43,773 nucleotides of DNA from the NCBI GenBank assembly GCA_021432655.1, contig MU271286.1:1-43773 (forward strand). The letters are read 5' to 3'. Under the pieces are notes generated by a model that did not search any database, was not told where the DNA came from, and saw only the letters and a list, made by a program, of their open reading frames with translations. The stretch is from Atractiella rhizophila (Eukaryota). The translations under genes were made by a program, and so were the position numbers. Positions within the stretch are counted from its first letter, which is position 1. The number at the start of each line of letters is the position of its first letter. Below, piece by piece: positions 34,392-43,773 of the stretch.

Positions 34392-37040
34392 CTTTCCCTC
34401 TTCGCCTTGTAGCGTAGCGTTTGACCGTTTGAACGTGAACGTGTGAACGAGGAAAGGACCCGCTGTGGAGGCAATCTAGAGACTCGCACCGACGGTTCTA
34501 AAACAACAACCTCGTCAGAAGCCTGCCCTTCGTCCACTCCAACGGGCAATATACCCTCCTGAAAGCTCTATAATGTTGAGAGTCGATATATGGACGATAG
34601 ATGGGTAGATAAAAAATAATCTCGTAAATAAGATATATCGTAGCGTTCGTAAGTCCCTCAAAGTCCACTTAAAAAATCGAAAAGGTGAAAAATCGAGGAA
34701 ATCGCTAAAGTCCCGCCGTATTGTGCTCCTGGAGGAAAAGGAGAGGCTGAGGGAAGGAAGGGTATGAACGTGGTGGTCGTTCTTCTGGAGACCTGCGTCG
34801 GAGTTGCAAGGTTGCTTCAGTTTGTTGCTGATCGCGTGGCAATTGTCAGCTGACGAGATAACCGTTTTTCGAACGCCACCGCCGTGAAGAACCAGATAAC
34901 CACGAACTCTTCACTGGTATGGATCAGGATATCGATCAGGGCGAATTGTTTGTGGAGAGATCCAGATTCATGCCCAGGCACAAGGAAAGGAAAAGGACGC
35001 GGAGGTTTTATGTTTCACGACTAAGTTATTTGGGAACAATGCAATGATTGTGTCATTGTTTCCCTCTCTTTACTGTATCTCACCTCACCAGGTGAAGCAA
35101 ACAATCTCCTCCGACCGCTCCTTTCTTCTCAGATCCTATTGCTTCCTTCCTTTCATCTCCCAAATCACATCGTGGACAATCCAATTCCTCTCTATGGCGA
35201 TGGACGATTCTCTGTGATGGACAGCTTCGATTCGTTTTGATGATCGAGCGACCACGGCGGGGAAGCACGCCATCGCTTCAATGCTCAGTTGTGCTCGGTA
35301 TTCAGTTTGTGCACATCTTGGAGCCGAGCAGATTGACAAGTCTTATCAGGATATCAGTGGTCCCACACCATGATCTGGACTTCTAGAAGTGTGAACAGGC
35401 CGAGCGGTCGCTAGTCCGAGAAGAGAGGAAGTGTTCAAGCTGGCTCTTGGGAAGGAGAGTAATCGTGCTGGTTACGCTACCCTGATCGAGATTGAGGCCT
35501 CGAGGCGATGGTATGACGAGGATGAAGAAGGATAGCTGGCCTGATCCTGTTAGTTCGCATCAAGCGTCTCGTTAGTGAAGTGTTTCCAAACGCTGAGTTC
35601 AAGCTATGAATATCGAGATACAACTGATGACGAAGCACGAACCTTCTGCACATCGAGCTTAGTGCTGACGAGCGCGGTTAACCTGCAGCTTCATCCAGAA
35701 TGGGATTTTTGGAGTCCCCTTTATTAAACGTCAGTTAATTTTCCTCCGTCTTTAGCATGCATACAGTAGATTGGGATTCATGAAGCCTTTTTTCTTTCAA
35801 TCGAGGTAGCAACCTTTAACGTTTCTTTGCACAAGGTAGCTTGCAGGACCCAAAAGCACCCGCGTCCTGGAGAATTAAATGGTGGATCCACGAGGCGTTT
35901 TCTTTGCAACGGTTAAAAATAATGTCCATTATCAAAATGGATGCCCATAATGATACGCTGGCAGGGAGTTTCCAACACTCCAAACTCCCAACCAACCCAA
36001 CTTGAAGGTCCAAGTTTCAGTTAGTTGAGTTAAGGGTTGCGGGTGTCACACTCCATTCTTCGAACCGTGCCAATTTCCTTCGACAGCTGTTTCCCTTTCG
36101 CTCTTGGATCCTACAGCTTGTATTCCCATTCGGTGATCATTGAACAGTGTCAGATGGACAGTTTGAAGGTTAAATAGTCTTTGGGTCGGCAGCACAGAAC
36201 GGCTCCAGCTTTGAACCCCGAAGCTGAAGGTCATTGCACGTCTTCTGATGACGATTGAAAGGTTGACAGTTACGCACGACCGCTCCTTAACCTTTCCTTT
36301 CCAATGACCTTCCCCCTTTAATAGTGAGTCATAATTGAAGAAGTGAGGAAGGAGCTCCAGGAGCTAAAGAGTAGGGTTGGAAATCTGTGGCATGGTTGCT
36401 TGAAGAATGTGATGCCCAATGAGCTGATGGTCAGATCTAATGTGGCTTAGGTTAATATTTTAGATTGCCAACTAAGCCAGGGAGTTGACTCCTTCATCCC
36501 TTCTAACATTCCTCCCGTCCTCCCAAACATGTCATGACTTTGAACTTCAACTAAGCATTGCATTCCAGGTTCTTGTCGTTGAGGTGAACCACGTTCATCA
36601 AGCCTCGAATGACATCATGTCATCACTTTGAGCAACTTGGAGGGATGAGGAGTATTCGTTTCCCCTCCCCAAAATTCTTCTTTAGATACGCAAATCTCGA
36701 ACTGTCCTCGCGAGCGCTTTCAGATCTACAGTCTAATGTGGAAGGCACAATGACCTCTTCCGCATGAGGAATGGATGACAGACAACAATTGGATATCGCC
36801 TTGGAGCTTACTGCAGAAGCGGGTAGAGAGAGTGGTTCGGCTTCAGAAGCTGCTTCATTTCAGTAATTAAGATACCCAAATTGTCCACCTTTCTTTGAAC
36901 TGTCGTTTTGCATAATAAGAACGAGAGGATGCAAGAATAAATAAGTCATCTCACGTGATTTCAATCAAATTGCGAGAACATCCCTCAGTCAGCTTCAAGG
37001 TATGCAGCAGCCTGTCTCGCAGATTCCTTTGAGTTCGTAC

Positions 37041-37072
37041 GCAAAATCTTCGATGCAAAATCTTCGATGCAA
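37041..37072. repeat. 14-bp tandem duplication (gcaaaatcttcgat x2)
   Basis: Seen directly in the sequence, upstream of the Iml2-like gene. Confidence 0.8.
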
Positions 37073-37423
37073 CGGACGAGAAGCGTAATGCTCACACCTT
37101 TTGCCCAAAGGACGTCGCTTTCATGTACTTTCTGTGGTAAAGATTTGAGACTTAGATCATCTCGCCCTCGTCCTCGAACTCATCTGGTTAATTTTCGTCG
37201 ACAACAGTCAATAACAGGCCCCGACATGCCTGACAGGTGAATAACAACAATTTATGTCTTCTTGTTGGTCGACGGTCGGATTTCACGAACCCTAACCCAA
37301 TCTGGCACTTCGCCTCTGAACGTCATTCGGGATCCTGCAACGTTGCTCTACCGATAAAACCTCAACGACCTGTTGCGACACGGATCGCCCATAGAGCACC
37401 AGAACATCAGTATTACACCAAAC

Positions 37424-40400
37424 ATGTCGAGGAAGGAAGAGAAAGAAAGCCCGACCGCGCTCCTTGTTTCTGCAACAGAGGTTCGTCGACTCCTGTGTGC
37501 CATAACAACAAGGCGCGAATAGTGACAACATCTGACCTGTGGGCTTCTGTCCATGATAGGCATTCACCTACTTGCTGAACGACGATCTGCCCACCGCCAA
37601 ATCCACTCTGCTCTCCTCGCCCTCGTCGCCCTTCCACACATGCGCACTCGGTCTCTTGTCATTCATCGAAGCCTCATTAGGTGGGGAGGATAAGGATCTG
37701 TCGACTGCGCTTGATCTGCTTTTTAAAGCGGAAGAGAGCGCGAGGAAGTGGAAAGGCAAGGAAGAGGGAGAGTATTGGTGGGCGAAGGGGACGACTTGGG
37801 AGGTGTTGCAGGCGGATGCGGTGGTGTGTCAAGGGTGCACGCATATTATGACGGAGAGCTACGTCGAGTTTATGAAGGTGCGTGTTCGCTATTTGTGTTT
37901 TACGGTCGTTTTTGTGGAGTGGGAAGTAAAGCTTCAACGTTTGTCGGAAGGAGTTTGACAAGGTTCAAATGCCTCTTTGACCTGATATAAAATGGGGTCT
38001 TGAGCTATTCAGGAGATGATTCTCCTTAATTTTCTCTACGTTTGGCAGTCGATTCTCGCTGCATCACACCCTTGTTCCTTCCTTTCAATTAGAACATTTC
38101 ACACGACTACTCATTTTTCGTTCATTTCCATCCTTTCCTGAATGGAATGGTTAAATTATTACGGGGAAGTACAGGAAGGAGCTGGGCAAGCTCGGTCTGT
38201 TCCTTCCACCGTAAAACAAAACCTTACCTTGCTTTCCGGCGGAGGAAAGGGTCAGATGGCTGGTTCCCATGGTCCATACTTCTAATTCAGAGCCGACACA
38301 TAAACGTCTTACTCCCCTCCTAGCCTTGTCTTGCATATTGTTACGAACTAAGGAAGAAATTTGGATATTTTCTGAGAAGCAATTTATCCCGGTACTGGAC
38401 AGGAGAGAACTCTATAGCTGTTGAAGGTGTGAGAATTTGACGATTCCCTCCAAATTGTTCGAGAGATGAGCTTCCCTTCAGTCAGCAATCTCACCTCTTC
38501 CAACCAAATTATTTAGTGCTGTCGAAACGTCCTTATCGATGAGCATTACAAGGCCTTTCGGAAGCAAAGGTCTATTTCCCATGACTTTCTGTGCTTTGCG
38601 CCGACCCTTCAAACTTGAATAAATTCTACAAGGAGCAATTCAGGTGGTACCTGTTTCCTCCTCCCTCCTTGATCACAAAGCAACCTGCGTACCAGGTGTC
38701 TTGTGAGGAATGGCACAAGGAAGAGCATTCTTGCTTAAATGGTGGGATGTTCAGCCGAATTCGATTTATATGCTGGATTGGATGGTCAGGATACGGATAT
38801 TTCTGAATATTTGAGTATCTCCGCTTTCTATATTATCCAATGCCAATCCGACATAACTTAGCCAGGTGTGCTATTTCATTTCACCATGTTCCGATGATGG
38901 AGTCTGTCCGACTTTCTGCACAATGTCGAGTCCTTTGTCATTTTTTCCTGTTACAGACAAGCTGGGACCGTTAGCTGTCTGAGTGTATCCTTTTGGAATA
39001 TGACAAGTTTGCTGACCCTGCCTTACGTCAGGCGGTGTACAAGCTGAACAGGTAAAGTTGTCCGCCGTTCCCTGCTCGTTTCTAAGGTGATGAGATCTCC
39101 AGGGCTTACAAAATCTTCCACTCCTCCTTCAAATCAGTCTTCCCCACTGGAATTTCAGAAGACGATTCCATACCCACCATCATAGCTTCTCTGAACACGC
39201 TATACTCTGCGAATGAAATCAAGCAACGAGAAAAAAGAGAGAAGGCAGCGAATGGTAACGGCTCTTACTATTCCCTCCTCAGTGGTTGGGGTAGAAAGTC
39301 CTCTAGCCCGTCCATCACGCAAGTCAACGGGTCTTCTACTCCAAAATCTAACCATGGTGGTATCACCCCACGCAAGCGACATTCTTGGGATAAGGATCCA
39401 AATTCTCTCGCACCTTCCTCTATCAATGGACAGATGGTAGCCGCCAGTTGCCCAGCATCCGGAGCGACTACCCCTGAGGAGAAGAGGCAAAGTGAGGTCA
39501 AGCTGAGCATCAAAGAGGCACAGCGGATGGTCAAAGACATGACTATGGAGCAGACAGGTGGAGATTTGTCTCAGACGCCTCGCCCTCTGTGGGAAAACGA
39601 CCCATGGGCCTCTTTCACTATCGGCGGAGCTTGCTTTGGCTATGCGTTGTTTGGACTTGTATTCAGCATGCTACCGTAATTCTCCCTCTTTTCTTTTTGA
39701 CCACGCTGACTCACTGATCTACAGTCCAAAGCTGAGGTATTATTCTCCTTCTCATGCTCAACCATGGAAAGGGGCTGAACTCGTATCAGGAAGCTGACTT
39801 CCTGGTTCGGGTTCACCAACATGTCGAGACCTCTATCGTTGAAGCTACTTTCAGTCGCGGCGCAGTGTTCTAACGATCTTCACGCGTACGCCGTCACTTC
39901 GCTGTCGCATACCAAACTGATCCAAATGTTAGTTGTATTTCGGCACTCATCTTGTGTGTCTACTACCAATCCGTGTTACTCGGTATGATCATTTGCTACT
40001 TTGAACCAATCCTCTGACAAGTGAACTAGTCTGTGGATGGGAGTCCAACGAGAAGGAGTTGATGAAAGCCATGGAGCAAGTCTTGGACACAGTCGAAGGT
40101 TACTACCCAAAATCTACACTTTGGATCGTGATGAGGGTAATTATCTAACCTGCCAATTATTTACACTTGCTAACGTTGTTACAGTCGAAATTAGCGCGGA
40201 TGAATAGGGACACAGATTCGGCCATAGCCTTGTTGTCGCAAAATGCTTCGAAAGACTCGTCATTTCGACAAGCAAAAAGTCTGCTTATTTTTGAAGTACG
40301 CATTGCTTTCGAATGTTCTCTTACTGATCACCAATTCAGCTCGGTTGGAATTACTTATCCGCTGATGACTTCAAAAATGCTTCCCAGGCATTTCTCGATG

Positions 40401-41536
40401 TGAAAAAATGCAACAATTGGTCACACTCAACGTACAATTTCATGGCTATAGGTATGTAATTTGACTTCGCCATTCCGAAGCAACCATGAAGTGTCTGTAT
40501 GCAGGATGCTTGCTCTCATTGCCTGAAGAAGAGCAGAAGTCGGAGCAAATCCAAAATCAAATCAAAGAACTTGCACAAGAACTCCCCGCTATGATTGGAA
40601 AGAAACGTGTTAGTCATTCCCTTTCACATATTAGTGGGTTGTTCTCAATGCCCTTTATCAACGCACAGATGCTCGGCGAGCAACTTCCTTCGGGTGCGTA
40701 TCAATTCCGTTCGTGATATTATTGAACGCCGAGAAACAGAAACTTTCATTCAACGAAAGCTGGGATTTTACCAGTATAAGTTTACACGGTGGTGTCAACA
40801 GGGGCGGTTGAACAAGGAGAATAATCATTGGTGGGATTGTGTCCGCATCGGCTTCCAGTGGGGTGCAGATATTCCATCATTCTGTGAATCAGGGCTGAAC
40901 TGGGTCTTCAAGAGTTCTCCGTCTTTTGGAACGCCTTGTCTCGCATGCCCGAGCATACTCTGCGCCATCTAGTTGCCACACTCTCAAGTTTTTCCCCCTC
41001 GCCTTCACCAGGGTATTCGAAGAAGACCGGCCCAATCAAATTTCAAGCGACAGATGAGCTTGACACGATGGAGGAGATAGTTCTTCGATCCTTACTATTA
41101 GGACTTGCCTACTTAGGTGCACTCTCATGCGTTCCGTTGAAAACTGCTCATTAGCTTGCAGCTATGGGTGAACTCAAGGAAGCAAGCGCCCATCTCGAGG
41201 ATGCTGCTGCCCGAGGAGCTGAAACAGATGAGATCTATGCAGCCGCTTATGCTAAGTAAGTATTCATTTCATGGTAAGGCTTTCTTGTCTTGCCTAACGC
41301 TCTGCAGCTACGCCCTTGCATTATGCACATTACGCTCAGCGGACGCTAACCCAGATCAATCGAAAGCGGCGTGGGACTTAGCTTTCACAAAAGCCGAAAC
41401 TTTCCTGGAAGAGATCTTCAAGAGACAGGAGCACTACAATATGAAGTCCCGTTTGGAAAGCCGTGTGTCAATGCTCAGGAGCGAAATGTCTGTCAAAAAG
41501 GATATTGTGTCAAAGATTACAACTGGGAGGAAGTGA
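37424..41536 (+). CDS. IML2: Iml2/TTC39-family TPR-like protein (many exons)
   Basis: MSRKEEKESPTALLVSATE|AFTYLLNDD..., FIEASLG, ESYVEFMK|AVYKLNR|AYKIF, GGACFGYALFGLVFSMLP|PKLR|KLTSWFGF, NNWSHSTY, P.ETFIQRK and YNMKSRLESRV. Includes a 12-nt microexon at 39725-39736 and an intron at 37878-39031. Confidence 0.85.
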
Positions 41537-41728
41537 AGGACTATTTGACTTTGACTTTATGTAATGGCTAAGTAATCTATAGAAATGCTATGTATACTTT
41601 GAAAACCAATCGGCTGTTGCTGGGATTGATGTGAAATTGCTGCCAGGCAGCTATGAGAATTTGAACGATGAATCATGGACAGGGAAAGAAAGTAAATTTA
41701 TGCACAGGAAAGGGAAAGAAGCAGAATC

Positions 41729-42547
41729 TTAACAAGGCCACTGAGAGTAGTTTGGAATATACTCCATAGAAGTGGACCCGTGAGATGTGTGCCATGGGGT
41801 GTGGTCATGCGCGTAGCTAGGCCCCTGAGAACCGGTTACTGGAAAGGTGTAATTTGGTGTTTGAAGGTACGGTTGATAGGGATCTTGGTAGGGATATTGC
41901 CAACTATCGACGACGTCTGTCGCTCCTTGCAGGTTCTCCCAATACCCGATTGGAGTGATGTTCTCGTATCCGTCAGGGCAATCGGGATAAGGGTCATAGT
42001 AGCCATACGCTTCTGACGCCGTCGATAAAGCTCCTAGTTTCAACTACAGTGAGGAAAGCTATTCAGTGAAAAAACGACGACTTTCTCACCTCGTCGACCT
42101 TGACTGAGCGCGAATTGTAACTCAGCCTCATACGCTCCTCTTTCCGAAGTTATACATTCACCTATGGACCGTCGCCGTTGGGGAAAGCTGAATTCCTCCA
42201 TTCTGGTTGAAAGTCGTGTCGACATTGGCTGATCTATCGCCGAATAATGGGAGTGCGCTGCAAGATATTCCCTCTCATTCTGCTCCCTCATCCTCATGAA
42301 CCGCTCCCGCTGTTCCCTCTTCTCTTGCAGCTCCAGCGTATATCGTCTTTCATCTTCTTTAGCCAACTGAACGTACTCCTTCCATTCCGCGTTACCATTC
42401 AACATAATGCGTTTCCAGTGATCCTGTTGCTCTTTCTTGGACCGAAATCGTCGCTTATTGTTTGCGCAAGCTTTTTGAAAAAAATTTGTACGAGGTGCGT
42501 TTAGGAGTGACATAGATAGGATCAAAGTTGTCGAAATTTGTGGACAT
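41729..42547 (-). CDS. Divergent HMG-box protein; apparent +1 frameshift near 42480
   Basis: MSTNFDNFDPIYVTPKRTSYKFF / QKAC...HWKRIM....EWKEYVQLAKEDERRYTLEL follows the HMG-box pattern (PKR..aY.FF ... W ... Y...A..D..RY..E). Intron 42089-42034 joins a Tyr/Pro/Gln-rich tail in frame. Confidence 0.6.
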
Positions 42548-42829
42548 GGTGAGGCGAGATGGAAGAACTGTCGATACTGTCCATCGTAGCTGTATACCGG
42601 CTTTTATGGCAATAGATCATAAGGACCTTTTGCTCGTAGGAGAACAAATATAACAAGGTGGGCGAAGGAACATGGGACAGCTATCGCACGTGATCCTGCT
42701 CCTTGTTTCTGCTTCCCGCTTTTTGTTTACGGAATGCGAGGAGGAGAACGAGAAGAAGGATAACAACACCTTGGCCCTTCTCCTTTGAGTTAAGCGACAA
42801 TAAACGAAATCGATTGATCGACGCAGTAG

Positions 42830-43378
42830 CTAAGATATCAATGCCCTTCTGCGCTGCAGCAATGTCCGTATACAGGTAACCTTGCAATGCTCATGACTGG
42901 TTAAACATTCAACTTCTTCCGAATGCAGGCCTAATTCTCTCAACGTATCCTGAAAATCGCTAAGGCTGGTATTGTGAGGAGTGCTTGACGTCTCCCACGT
43001 AGCACGTCTTGCAGATGCTGAAAGTGGTGCAGGCTGAATCGAAGGAAGACAACAAACGGAAGAGTCTGCAGGCATGCGTGATGAAAGTGACAACGTGGGA
43101 TCTGAACGACGGCGATGACAACAACTCTTCAATGATGGGCTAACTTCTGGTTGCGCTAAAAACCGTTGTTCGAACCAGAGCCTATGTACATGCATGAGAA
43201 GCTCACGTGAAGACTCCGCTTCAGGGTACGAATCAACTACATCCCGTTTGCGCTTTGGCTGCTTTGAAACTTGGTCCGCAAGGATGATTGGGAATGTTTT
43301 GACCCTTGATGGACAAGTTTGGGCTTCACCATCGAAGTTGAGCCCAGAAGAATCGGATACTTCAGGTTGGGCTTCCAT
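42830..43378 (-). CDS. Hypothetical Ser-rich protein (3' end uncertain)
   Basis: Open frame of ~180 codons from ATG 43378. AQPEVS occurs twice and RRxS/T motifs are present. I recognise no domain. Confidence 0.4.
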   Translation of the reverse strand: MEAQPEVSDSSGLNFDGEAQTCPSRVKTFPIILADQVSKQPKRKRDVVDSYPEAESSRELLMHVHRLWFEQRFLAQPEVSPSLKSCCHRRRSDPTLSLSSRMPADSSVCCLPSIQPAPLSASARRATWETSSTPHNTSLSDFQDTLRELGLHSEEVECLTSHEHCKVTCIRTLLQRRRALIS

Positions 43379-43773
43379 GGGTGTGGACAATGCTGTAGAA
43401 TGAAAAAGCAACGTTTTATGAAGTAGATAGCATTGTTTGCATATCGCAGGGCGGAGAAAGCCAAAAAAGAGAAGTAATTGCCGACCGGTGCCCGTCTAGT
43501 CCAAACGGGACTGGACGCTGTAAAACGGAGATGTTCGCTTTGTGAAAATAGGGATTACCGAGATGGCAATCGATACCTTGGCCTTACGTCGGTGGAAATC
43601 CCCACAGATGTTCTGTCATGCCCTCAACAACATCTACTCGCTTGACAACAACACGACAAGATACACACATCTTGGGCAAACTTGAATACATATCTACATA
43701 CGGCTACATGAGGATAGATTTAAACCCTCCAGTCATGGTTTTACCCGTCATTGCAGGAACAGTGTAACAAATG

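Noticed and set aside
35090..35535. Coding-looking plus-strand stretches in the Rab-Iml2 intergenic region
   Set aside because: Frames are broken, there is no clear start or splice pattern, and I recognise no family.

Overview
Intron-rich fungal genomic DNA; a basidiomycete origin is my inference from the ~50-60 nt introns and protein style. Spliced genes assembled by hand from the ORF fragments, in order: mitochondrial IF2 (+), SWIM/RING zinc-finger protein (-), two-domain amidohydrolase (+), NmrA-like protein (-), Cys-rich/mucin-like probable GPI surface protein (-), Ras-family GTPase with CaaX (-), SEC16 (+), quinone oxidoreductase (+), Rab5/Rab24-like GTPase with a ~415-aa N-terminal extension (-), Iml2/TTC39-like protein (+) and a divergent HMG-box protein (-). 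The main oddities are these. (1) At 6.6-9.2 kb, an intact-looking 5' fragment of HSP78/ClpB lies between two diverged direct copies of a decayed gene and is cut exactly where the second copy begins. (2) Three introns are oversized (435, 1004 and 1154 nt), and one is rich in hairpins. (3) Four single-base frameshifts sit in otherwise intact genes and are probably assembly errors. (4) Two introns use GC donors. I found no tRNA, rRNA, CRISPR array or intact transposon, and I cannot claim a new biological system from sequence alone.
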